Shown: piece by piece, positions 36,370 through 48,170 of the stretch
How positions within the stretch are numbered: the stretch's first letter is position 1
Layout: each line of letters begins with the position of its first letter
DNA from: Mobula hypostoma
Lineage: Eukaryota
Length of the DNA stretch: 64,000 bases
Assembly (NCBI RefSeq): GCF_963921235.1
Contig: NC_086108.1
Location: 30,258,001-30,322,000, forward strand
Direction: 5' to 3'
The notes under the pieces: model-generated
Database searches by the model: none
The model's input: only the letters and a program-made list of their open reading frames with translations
Told to the model about the DNA's origin: nothing
Translations under genes and position numbers: made by a program

Positions 36370-36838
36370 AGATGAAGATTGGGTTAAAGAATGGACTTGA
36401 TGGCTTTTTGAAGCTGGATGAATGTATAAATATATTATTAATTATACGAGGCGGGGTAAGAAAGGTTAAAACTGGAGGAATATTAGTTGGGAATAGTAAT
36501 ACTAATTTTGTCTATATATATATATAATGTTTTTTTATTGCGGGGGAGCTGGAAGAAGCACTGATCGATTGCTACGCTAGTCATGTGTGCAAGCGTGGCT
36601 TTTGCCACGACCCGTAAAATGGAGGGGGGTAGTGTTGCGTATCCTTTCATTCACAACATTAGTGGGGGGGTATTTTGTTTTTTCTTTTTCTGTACTTTTT
36701 CTATCTTTTTTCTTTCTGGCTGGAAGGTTGGTAGGGAGACACATAGCAACATGGTGAAGTTTAAAGAGCTTCCCCAAGGAACTATGAAAGTTGAGAAGAT
36801 AAATAATGTTTTAGATTGGAGTAACTTTGTTAAGAATA

Positions 36839-39800
36839 ATGACTAATTTATTGAATTTTTTGAGTTTTAATGTTAACGGGCTTAATGGACCAGTGAAAAG
36901 AAAAAGAATCTTAACACATATTAAAAAAAATGGAGATAGATTTAGCTTTTTTACAGGAAACGCACCTAATGGAAACAGAACATCAGAAACTAAAGAGAGA
37001 TTGGGTGGGTAGTGTTGTTGCGGCTTCATTTAATTCAAAAGCGAGGGGAGTAGCAATTTTGATCAATAAAACGTTACCAATTAGAATACAAAATGTAATA
37101 ACTGATTCTGCGGGGAGATATGTGATTATACATTGTCAACTTTTTTCTGAACTATGGACTTTTATGAATATTTATGCACCAAATGAAAATGATGCAAAAT
37201 TCATATAAGAAGCTTTTCTGAATTTGGCGGATGCGCATGAAAAAATATTAATTGGAGGAGACTTTAATTTTTGCTTAGACCCAGTCTTAGATAGATCAAC
37301 CAAGGCTGTTATAAAATCGAAGGTAGTAAATTTAACTTTATCATTGATGAAGGATTTAAATCTGATTGGTATATGGAGAAGAATCAATCCTAAAGAAAGA
37401 GACTATTCGTTGTATTCCCATAGACATAAAACTTTCTCAAGGATAGATTTGTTTCTATTATCAATGCATATTCAACACAGAGTGAAAAATATGGAATATA
37501 AAGCAAGAATATTATCAGATCATTCCCCTTTATTAATGACAATAATAATGGCTGATAAGGAAGGAGTGGCTTATAGATGGAGATTTAATTCAACATTATT
37601 AAAACGTCAAGGTTTTTGTGATTTTATGAAAAAGCAGATTCAATTTTTTTTGGATACAAATTTTCATTCAGTGGATGATAAATTTATATTATGGGATGCG
37701 ATGAAAGCATATCTTAGGGGCCAGATAATAAGTTATATGTCTAAAATTAAGAAAGAATATATGGCAGAACTAGATCAATTGGAAAAAGAGATCACAAAAA
37801 TAGAAAAAGAATCTCAAAGATATATGTCAGAAGAAAAATGAAAACAACTTGTCAATAAAAAGTTACAATATAATACCCTTCAGACATATAGAATGGAAAA
37901 AGCAATTGTAAGAACTAAACAAAGGTATTATGAGTTAGGTGAGAAAGCACATGAAATTCTTGCCTGGCAGTTGAAAACAGAACAAGCTTCTAAAACAATA
38001 AATGCAATTAGAACAAGGGCAAATAAAATATCTTATAAACCTCTTGAAATAAACGAAACCTTTAAAAATCTTTATTCTAAATTATATCAGTCAGAATCCC
38101 AAAATGATGTTAATGAGATAGAAAGGTTTTTAGCACAAATTTCTCTTCCAAAATTGAATTTGGAAGAACAGAAGGGTTTAGATATGCCTTTTACATTAAA
38201 AGAAGTTGAAGAAGCTTTAGGATCACTCCAAAGTAATAAATCTCCAGGAGAAGATGGTTTTCCACCTGAATTTTATAAAAAATTTAAAGATTTATTATTT
38301 CCTCTTTTTATGGAACTAATAGGTCAAGCAGAAAAAATACATAAACTTCCAGAATCTTTTTCAACAGCGATTGTAATAGTATTGCCAAAAAAAGACAGAG
38401 ATCCTATGAAACCAGCATCATACAGGCCTATTTCTTTATTGAATACGGATTATAAAATAATAGCAAAAATTTTATCGAATAGATTATCTAAATATTTACT
38501 AAAATTAATACATACGGATCAAACAGGATTTATTAAAAATAGACAATTGGCAGATAATGTAACTCGGCTACTCAGTATAATTCATTTGGCACAAAAAAGG
38601 GATGAGAAGAGTATAGTAGTAGCTTTGGATGCAGAAAAAGCATTTGGTAGATTAGAATGGGATTTTTTATTTAAAGTACTAGAAAAATATGGGTTAGGAA
38701 CATCTTTTATAAATTGGATTAAAACTTTAAATTCTAACCCTAAAGCTAAAGTGGTGACAAATTCTCAAATTTCAACACCATTCCAGTTAAAAAGGTCAAC
38801 TAGACAAAGTTGTCCACTATCACCTGCTTTATTTGTACTGGCGATAGAGCCATTAGCAGAACTAATTAGAATTGATCCAGATATTATGGGTTTTAGAGTT
38901 AATCAGGAGGAATATAAAATTAATTTTTTCATTAATTAATTTTTTAGATGTTTTGATCTATTTAACAAATCCACAACATTCGTTACATAAATTATCTTCT
39001 AGATTGGATGAATATGAGAAGGTATCAGGCTACAAAATAAATTGGGATAAAAGTGAAATTTTACCTCTTACTAAAGGAGACTATAGTCAATGTCGATTAG
39101 TAACCCAATTTAGATGGCCGGTAAATGGTATAAAATATTTAGGTATAAGACTTGATAATGATCAAAAGAATTTATATAAATTTAATTATTTACCACTATT
39201 GAAAAAAATTCAAGAAGATCTTGACAAATGGATGATATTACCAATAACATTAGTAGGTAGAGTCAATGTTGTAAAAATGAATATATTTCCTAGATTACAG
39301 TATTTGTTTCAAACATTACCAATACAATTGCCACAGAAATTTTTTCAAGAGTTAAATAAATGTGTGAGAAAATTTCTTTGGAAAGGTAAAATGTCAAGAA
39401 TATCATTGGAAAAATTGACATGTAAATTTGGGTTAGGAGGGTTACAACTTCCAAACTTTAAAAACTATTATAAAGCAAATCAACTTAGATTTATTGCATC
39501 TTTCTTCGATGATCGAAAACCAGCATGGATTAAAATAGAACTAGACAAGATAGGAGAAAATAGACCTGAAGATTTTATATATAAATGGGAATCTAAATCG
39601 ATACGGGAAAAGAAAGAATCTCCTATATTAACACATTTGACTGATCTATGGAATAAGATAAATGTTGATAATGAAACACAGAAATCTCTATTAGCAAGGA
39701 GACCTTTGTTCCAAAACAGGCTTATTCCTTTTACAATGGACAATCAACTTTTATATAATTGGTACCAAAAAGGGATTAAATTTATAGGAGATGGTTTTGA

Positions 39801-40626
39801 ACGAGGTATATTGATGTCATTTGAACAATTAAAGGATAAATATAAAATATCTAATAATACTTTCTTTTGTTACTTTCAATTAAGGGCTTACTTAAAAGGT
39901 AAGCTGGGTCAAACAATGTTATTGCCAAAACCTAATGAAATTGAAATTTTAATTCAAAAAGGGAAAATTAAAGAATTTATTTCTTGTATGTATAATTTGA
40001 TTCAAGAACAGACAATTAAACAAGGAACCCATAAGTCAAAGCAAAAATGGGAAACAGATCTGAATATTATTATTGATGAAACAAATTGGTCAAGACTTTG
40101 TCTTGACAGTATGACAAATACAATAAATGTTCGACTTAGATTAGTACAATATAATTTTTTACACCAATTATATATTACACCGCAAAAAATAAATAGATTA
40201 AATTCAAATCTATCTGATAAATGTTTTCGGTGTAATCAAGAAATTGGTACTTTTTTACATTCTACTTGGTCTTGTTTTAAAATTCAACCCTTTTGGATAA
40301 ATTTAAGAATTTTATTGGAACAAATTACTGCAATTCAACTTCCACATAACCCTGTATTATTTTTATTAGGTGATATTGAAGGGATAAAACCGAAACTTAA
40401 ATTGAATAAATATCAGAAAGAATTTATAAAAATTGCATTGGCAGTAGCTAAGAAGACTATCGCAGTTACTTGGAAATCTGATTCGTATTTAAGTATGGAT
40501 CGTTGGAATAATGAAATGGCTAGTTCTATTCCACTTGAAAAAATTACTTATAATTTAAGAGATAAATAAGTAACATTTTTGAATATTTGGCGCCCTTATT
40601 TACAAAAGATAGGATGGCATATTTAA
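36839..40626 (+). pseudogene. L1 ORF2, disrupted
   Basis: Private +1 A near 36930 and stops at 37206, 37839, 40567; same [Y/F]ADD-destroying lesion as copy #2 at ~38922-38949. Confidence 0.93.
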
Positions 40627-40995
40627 GTGCTCCGATAAAGACTTTGGTCACTTGGGGAAAGTAACGAATGATTATACCAAATTTATTTTGAATCCCATGG
40701 AGCATGTGGAAACCTTCCAATAACCAGGCGGTTCTTTTCTTTTTTTTCTTCTTTTTCTTTTTCTTTCTTTTAGGTAGGACTATATATGGGGGGGGGGAGG
40801 GTTAAGGGGAGGGGGGAGGGTAGATTCTATTTTTGCATGTATTCTTTTTGAAAATTCAATAAAAATTATATTACAAAAAAAAATAACTACCTGAACATTA
40901 TTGTTGGGAAACTTAATGGAATTCCAATGAGAGGAGAAAATGGAAGAAAGATGAAAAATATATAAAATAAATAAGTGGTTGGATTTCAAAAGTTA

Positions 40996-41594
40996 CGAGG
41001 GGTGATTGATAAGTTCGTGGCCTGTGTTAGAAGGAGTCAATTTTTGAAAACTTGGTACATATATTTTTCAACATAGTCCCCTCCTACATTTATACACTTA
41101 GTCCAGCGGTCGTGGAGCATATGGATCTTAGACCTCCATAAAGTGTCCACAGAAGGGGTGATTGATAAGTTCATGGTCTAAAGTAGAAGGAGATGAGTTA
41201 TACAGCTCTTGTTACATGCACCTGCAGGTCAGCTCTTTGAGTGATTGTGCAGAAAGTTTAAAGTTAATAACTCATCTCCTTCTGCCTTAGGCCACGAACA
41301 TCAATCACCCCTGATGAATTATTAACTTCAGACTTTCTGCATAATCACTCAAAAGAGTTGAACTGCATGTGCATGTAACGAGAGCTGTATAGCTCATCTC
41401 CTTCTACCTTAGGCCACGAACTTATCAATCACCCCTTCAGTGGACACTTTATGGAGGTCTAAGATCCGTATGCTCCACGACCGCTGGACTAAGTGTGTAA
41501 ATGTAAGAGGGGACTATGTTGAAAAATAAATGTGCTAGGTTTTCTAAAACTGACTTCTTCTATCTTAGGCCACAAACTTATCAATCACCCCTCG
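40996..41594. mobile_element. Mariner-type fold-back MITE with nested TIR copies
   Basis: TA-CGAGGGGTGATTGATAAGTT ... AACTTATCAATCACCCCTCG-TA; ~270-bp inverted arms; TIR motif occurs five times. Confidence 0.88.
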
Positions 41595-41686
41595 TAAAAT
41601 CTTTCATAACTAACGTTATTGAATTTTTAAGAAATGGCTAAAGCTCTAGCAGGAAAACTGACCATTCCTTGGTGGTTGTATGTTAA

Positions 41687-42142
41687 GAACATCAGAAATA
41701 GGAGCAGGAGTTGGCCATCTGGCCCATTGAGCCTGCTCTGCCATTCAATAAGATTATGGCTGATCTGACCATGGACTCATCTCCACCTACCTGCCTTTTC
41801 CCCATAACCCTTAATTCCCCCATTTAATTCTCCCACTATGCAAGAATCTACCCAGCTTGTCTTAAATATGTTTACTGAGGTAGCCTCCACTGCTTCGTGG
41901 GCAGAGGATTACACAGATTCACCACTCTTTGGGAAAAGCAGTTCCTCCTCATCTCTGTCCTAAAGTTATTTCCCCAAATCTTGAGGTTATGTTCTCTAGT
42001 TCTAGTCTCACCTGCCAGTGTAAACAACTTTCCTGTCTCTATCTTATCTATCCCTTTCATAATTTTATATGTTTCTATAAGATCTCCTCCCATCCTTCTG
42101 AATTCCAGCAAGTACAGTTCCAAGTGACTCAATCTCTCCTCA
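41687..42142 (-). mobile_element. CR1 3' fragment (same subfamily as 14530-14932)
   Basis: LEFRRMGGDLIETYKI..CFSQRVVNL; matching 3' UTR. Confidence 0.88.
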
Positions 42143-42790
42143 CAGGTGTTCACAGTATACATTAGCAATTTATAAATTTGCAGGTGATTCAGTGTTGAAG
42201 AGAACTAAACTAAATTGCAGTATTTTGATAAGGAAAGCTAGAAAGGCTACTTCTAGAATGAACAATCCAGCTGTGGGCGGGTAGAAGAACGTAGGGATCC
42301 TAGACTACAAAGGCACCAATCACTAAAAATTGTGCCAAAAGTTAGCACGACAGTAGAGAAAGTAAACTGAACATTAAGTTTTATTTTGAAAGGGACAGAA
42401 TTGAAAAAATATATGCCAAGTATGTATCACACCTTTGTTAGACCACAAAATACTGTGTAGAATTCTGATTATCATCTAATAAAACTGACATAGTGTCAGT
42501 AGAAAGGGTACAGACAAGGTTTACAGGGCAATAACAGAAATACAAGAGTAAATGAATAATCTTGTGTCTCCTGTGTAAACAAGGCTGAGGTCTGTAAAAT
42601 TGTGTGGAGTTTTGTTAGATAAATGCAGAGGGAGTATTACCATGTAGGGATGAACAGGAGCCCATCAATACAAGATGAACTCCAAGGAATCCAGCAAAGA
42701 ATTCAGAAGAAATAGCTTTACCCAGTGGTGAGAATGTGAAACTCACTACCATAAGCAATGGTTGAAATCCATAGTACAGATATATGTAAG

Positions 42791-45700
42791 GGAAGGGGAC
42801 CTGTGCTACGTGCCAGTGAGGGTAAGAATAGGATGCTCTGGAGGATGAGCAAGTGGCTGAGGAACTGGTGTAGGGGGCAGGGTTTCAGATTTCAGGATCA
42901 TTGGGACCTCTTCTGGGGCAGGTGGGACCTGTACAAGAGAGACGGGTTACACTTGAAGTACAAGGGGGCCAATATCCTTTCAGGGCGGTTTGTTGGTGCT
43001 GTTGGGGAGGCTTTAAACTAGATTTGCCGGGGGATGGGAACCAGAGTGCCAGAGCTGACATAAATTATGTTAAAAGTTCAAGCAAAGCCTCAAATAGAAA
43101 GGTTGTGAGTGGTGGTAAAAATCTTCTGTGGTGTATATATTTCAATGCTAGGAGTATTGCGGGGAAGGCGGACGAGTTGAGGGCGTGGATTGACACGTGG
43201 AATTATGACGTTATAGCAATTAGTGAAACTTGGCTACAGGAAGGGCAGGACTGGCAGCTTAATGTTCCAGGGTTCCGATGTTTCAGACGTGATAGAGGCA
43301 GAGGAATGAAGGGTACGGTGTGGGGGTGGGGGGTGGCATTGCTAGTCAGGGAAAATGTTACAGCAGTGCTCAGGCAGGACAGATTAGAGGGCTTGTCTAC
43401 TGAGTCCTTATGGGCGGAGCTGAGAAACAAGAAAGGTATGGCCACATTAGTGGGGTTGTATTATAGACCACCCAATAGTCAGCGAGAATTGGAGCAAATC
43501 TGCAGAGAGATAGGCAACTGCAGGAAACACAAAGTTGTGGTGGTAGGGGATTTTAATTTTCCATATATTGATTGGGATTCCCATACTGTTAGGGGTCTAG
43601 ATGGTTTAGAGTTTGTAAAATGTGTTCAGGAAAGTTTTCTAAATCAATCGATAGAGGTACCAACTAGAGGGGATGCAACATTGGATCTCCTGTTAGGAAA
43701 TGAGTAAGGACAAGTGATGGAAGTGTGTGTACGGGAGCACTTTGGTTCCAGTGATCATAACACCATTAGTTTCAACTTGATCATGGACAAGGATAGATCT
43801 GGTCCTAGGGTTGAGGTTCTGAACTGGAAGAAGGCCAAATTTGAAGAAATGAGAAAGGATCTAAAAAGCAAGGATGTGATCGGTAAGTGGGAAGCCTTCA
43901 AAGGAGAAATTTTGAGAGTGCAGAGCTTGTATATTCCTGTCAGGATTAAAGGCAAAGTGAATAGGAATAAAGAACCTTGGTCTTCAAAGGATATTGCAAC
44001 TCTGATAAAGAAGAAGAGAGAGTTGTATGACATGTATATGAAACAGGGAGTAAATATGGTGCTTGAGGAGTATAAAAAGTGCAAGAAAAAACTTAAGAAA
44101 GAAATCAGGAGGGCTAAAAGAAGACATGAGGTTGCCTTGGCAGTCAAAGTGAAGGATAATCCAAAGAGCTTTTACAGGTATATTAAGAGTAAAAGGATTG
44201 TAAGGGATAAAATTGGTCCTCTTGAAGATCAGAGTGGTCGGCTATGTGCGGAACCAAAAGAAATGGGGGAGATCTTAAATGGGTTTTTTGCGTCTGTATT
44301 TACTAAGGAAACTGGCATGAAGTCTATGGAGTTAAGGGAAAGAAGTAGTGAGATCATGGAAACTGTACAGATTGAAAAGGAGGAGGTGCTTGCTATCTTG
44401 AAGCAAATTAAAGTGGATAAATCCCCAGGTCCTGACAGGGTATTCCCTCGGACCTTGAAGGAGACTAGTGTTGAAATTGCAGGGGCTCTGGCAGATATAT
44501 TTAAAATGTCGGTGTCTACGGGTGAGGTGCCAGAGGATTGGAGAGTAGCTCATGTTGTTCCGTTGTTTAAAAAAGGATCGAAAAGTAATCCAGGAAATTA
44601 TGGGCTGGTAAGTTTGACGTCGGTAGTGGGTTAGTTATTGGAGAGAGTACTAAGAGACAGAATCTACAAGCATTTGGATAGACAGGGACTTATTAGGGAG
44701 AGTCAACATGGCTTTGTGCGTGGTAGGTCATGTTTGACCAATCTATTGGAGTTTTTCGAGGAGGTTAACAGGAAAATGGATGAAGGGAAGGCAGTGGATG
44801 TTGTCTACATGGACTTCAGTAAGGCCTTTTACAAGGTCCCGCATGGGAGGTTAGTTAGGAAAATTCAGTCGCTAGGTATACAAGGAGGGGTGGTAAATTG
44901 GATTAGACATTGGCTCAATGGAAGAAGCCAAAGAGTGGTAGTAGAGAATTGCTTCTCAGAGTGGAGGCCTGTGACTAGTGGTGTGCCACAGGGATCAGTG
45001 CTGGGTCCATTGTTATTTGTCATCTATATCAATGATCTGGCTGATAATGTGGTAAATTGGATCAGCAAATTTGCTGATGATACAAAGATTGGAGGTGTAG
45101 TGGACAGTGAGGAAGGTTTTCAGAGCCTGCAGAGGGACTTGGACCAGCTGGAAAAATGAGCTGAAAAATGGCAGATGGAGTTTAATACAGACAAGTGTGA
45201 GGTATTGCACTTTGGAAGGACAAACCAAGGTAGAATATACAGGGTAAATGGTAAGGCACTGAGGAGTGCAGTAGAACAGAGAGATCTGGGAATACAGCTA
45301 CAAAATTCCCTAAAAGTAGTGTCACAGGTAGATAGGATCATAAAGAGAGCTTTTGGTACATTGGCCTTTATTAATCAAAGTATTGAGTATAAAAGCTGGA
45401 ATGTTATGATGAGGTTGTATAAGCCATTGGTGAGGCTGAATCTGGAGTATTGTGTTCAGTTTTGGTCACCAAATTACAGGAAGGATATTAATAAGGTTGA
45501 AAGAGTGCAGAGAAGGTTTACGAGGATGTTGCTGGGACTTGAGAAACTCAGTTACAGAGAAAGGTTGAATAGGTTAAGACTTTATTCCCTGGAGCATAGA
45601 AGAATGAGGGGAGATTTGATAGAGGTATATAAAATTATGATGGGTATAGATAGAATGAATGCAAGCAGGCTTTTTCCACTGAGGCAAGGGGAGAAAAAAA

Positions 45701-45995
45701 ACCAGAGGACATGGGTTAAGGGTGAAGGGGGAAAAGTTTAAACGGAACATTAGGGGGTGCTTCTTCACGCAGAGAGTGGTGGGAGTGTGGAATGAGCTGC
45801 CAGACGAGGTGGTAAATGCTGGTTCTTTTTTAACATTTAAGAATAAATTGGACAGATACATGGATGGGAGGTGTATGGAGGGATATGGTCCGTGTGCAGG
45901 TAAGTGGGACTAGGCAGAAGATGGTTCGGCACAGCCAAGAAGGGCCAAAAAGCCTGTTTCTGTGCTGTAGTTTTTCTATGGTTTCTATTGTTTCT
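42791..45995 (+). mobile_element. CR1 LINE, long copy (ORF1 esterase C-terminus and complete but stop-containing ORF2)
   Basis: KRDGLHL; NARSI..ISETWL..GDFN..SDH (EN); [15 protein letters not shown] (RT); (TTTCTATG)-like tail. Confidence 0.93.
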
Positions 45996-46049
45996 TAGGC
46001 TGACTAATCACAAGGGAGAAGTGAATGGAGAATTTACATTGATGGATTT

Positions 46050-46360
46050 AATAATAGGCAACCATTAGTTTCGTGAGACCATGGATTTGTGCCTTGGGAG
46101 GTTTCCAGGTCGCAGGTGTGGGCAAGGTTATATGGAAGACTGGCAGTTGCCCATACTGCAAGTCTTCCCTCTCCACGCCACTGATGTTGTCCAAGGGAAG
46201 GGCACTAGGGCCGATACAGCTTGGCACCGGTGTCGTCGCAGGGCAATGTGTGGTTAAGTGCCTTGCTCAAGGACACAACACGCTACCTCAGCTGAGGCTC
46301 GAACTAGCGACCTTCAGATCACTAGACCAACGCCTTAACCACTTGGCCACGCACCAACAC
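46050..46360 (-). mobile_element. tRNA-derived SINE with CORE-like central motif
   Basis: Minus strand: A box TGGCCAAGTGG, B-box-like AGTTCGAGCC, GTGTCCTTGAGCAAGGCACTTAACC; flanking TGATGGA repeat (46040, 46361). Confidence 0.85.
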
Positions 46361-47185
46361 TGATGGACTTTGCTCTGACAAGATAAGAAAAATGCTCAGC
46401 TGGAGCATTATTGCCGGCATAAACTTTTTGGATCAAATGATCTGTTATTGTTTAACATTTTTCTGAACTTTTCTTTCAACTGCTGCAATAAGGCAGTGCA
46501 ACAGCTAATTCAATCAGTAGGGTAAGACAGTTGGGTTTACATGGAAATAGTAATAGTTCAATGGCAGTGGCATTTTATTGTTTTGTATTTTGTGTGAACC
46601 ATGATTATTCATATAGTTTGAGCTTTATTATGTTCTTAAAATCTTGTTACTACAAAGCAGTGTTCCCTAATTTAAAATCTTTGTGGTTTAAATATTAAAA
46701 GCAGCAGATTGTAGTCACCCAGCATACATCTCCAATACAGATATGGGGTTGGAGACCTCATTTATTTCAACAGGCACTTTTGGCCTGAAGAAGGCAAAAG
46801 ACAAAAGCTCTTCTTAATTAATTTACTTTGGTTTATTGAGGTGTGTATGTTTTTAATGCATTTTGGTTCACTTGCTTTCATAATTGACATCAACTTGTTC
46901 TTAAACGCCTCTGAACATGAGAGCCTCTCAGGCTACGTGGATGAGAATATATAACTGGGCAGGGCCTCGGCATTATGCTTTTCTAGGGCTTGTTGTACCG
47001 CAAAGGATCAGCAGGATTGGCCTTCGAAAGGTCAGTATGGATAGGCGTTAAAGTTGAATTCAGCAAAATATGTCCAAATGAATTGCACTGGTTGCTTTAT
47101 AATGGAGATCATATTATAATTGCTGTCAAATGCAAAGCAGTGTTATAAATAATAAATTTGGAGTAACTTTAAATCTGACCATTTC

Positions 47186-47805
47186 CGGACATCCCACCCT
47201 GCAAAAAATGATTTCAGGGAGATAGCACCATCAATTTGCGGGAGACTTGCAGGAGACTTCTGGGAGAGGTGGGATGTCTGCAATAGAGTAGCTCCTTAGT
47301 AGCCAGCCAGCTAGTTTAAATAATGTTAGCTATGCTAATGAACGAATGATACCTGTTAAACTCACCTCAGCATGTCTTTTACAGTCTTAACCCACCATGG
47401 GCAATAGAAAAGTCACTGTTGCAAGCAGTGCAGTGAGCAACACTGTCATTACTTTTGACCCCTATTAGGCAGGGGTACACTTTAGTGTAGTCTGGGGTGA
47501 CGTACGTTTTATATTTTCTTTTTTTTTGGAACAGTCTGACATGGCGCACTCTCGCTCTCTCACTCGCGCTCTCTCTCTCTCGTGGTCGCTCGCACGCTCT
47601 CGCGCTTTCACTTGCTTTCTCTCGCACTCTCGCTTTCTCTTGTGCTCTTGCGCTCTCTCTCGCTCGTGCGCTCTTTTGCTTGCTTTCGCTCGCTCGCTCT
47701 CAAAAAAATTGATTTCTGTGATATTGTATATAATTTGCGGGCATCAGGGAGCCACTATTCATATGCGGGAGACTCTCGGAACTTCCGGGAGAGGTGGAAT
47801 GTCTG
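47186..47805 (-). mobile_element. Non-autonomous hAT-like DNA transposon with 6-bp TSD
   Basis: TIRs C(G)GACATCCCACC / GGTGGAATGTCTG; CATTTC at 47180-47185 and 47806-47811; remnant HCTACNSDFSIAHGG; (CTCG/CT)n tract. Confidence 0.7.
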
Positions 47806-47960
47806 CATTTCTTGTTAAGATAATGCAAGGACAGATCCCATCTTTTTAATAGTAAACGTAAACATTTTAATTGGCTGTTTTGTATTAGATTTTATAATTC
47901 ATTTTTAAATGTAATGACTTCAAACTGTTTGGTTTTCAAGTTATTTTCATTTGTCTTCAG

Positions 47961-48170
47961 CATCGTTTTCAAGCTCAGAATCCTTTATCAGGAGCACAAC
48001 ACTTTGTGGTAAAGGATCCCCAAGAGGAGGATGATGTGAAGTTTTGCACTCATACCATGGTGCTTCCCACAAGAGGGCAGTTAGAAGGTCGGATGATAGT
48101 AACAGCATATGAATGTGGATTGGATAATGTTTCTGAAGATGCTGTGTCAGCAGTGGTTCATGCATTGGAG
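47961..48170 (+). CDS. TADA1: TADA1 coding exon (probable exon 5)
   Basis: cttcag| ... |gtactg; [55 protein letters not shown]; 210 bp. Confidence 0.98.

Larger units (their letters stand above)
35118..40881 (+). mobile_element. Full-length L1 LINE #3 (same subfamily as #2)
   Basis: TSD AATAACTACCTGAA 35104-35117 / 40882-40895; a few extra 5' bases; G-rich 3' UTR, AATAAA, A tail. Confidence 0.97.

Noticed and set aside
40787..40821. G-quadruplex-prone tract in the L1 3' UTR
   Set aside because: Real but a well-known general L1 feature
20910..40881. L1 #2 and #3 as a segmental duplication or assembly duplicate
   Set aside because: Flanks are unrelated, TSDs differ and each copy has private mutations
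40996..41594. CRISPR-like array from recurring ~40-bp motifs
   Set aside because: Motifs occur in both orientations within a TA-flanked palindrome in eukaryotic DNA, with no spacers or cas genes
46270..46360. tRNA gene
   Set aside because: tRNA-like head without a proper acceptor stem, joined to a SINE body with flanking direct repeat
47379..47849. Overlapping ORFs rich in R/E/S/A/L
   Set aside because: Translations of a (CTCG/CT)n low-complexity tract inside a DNA transposon
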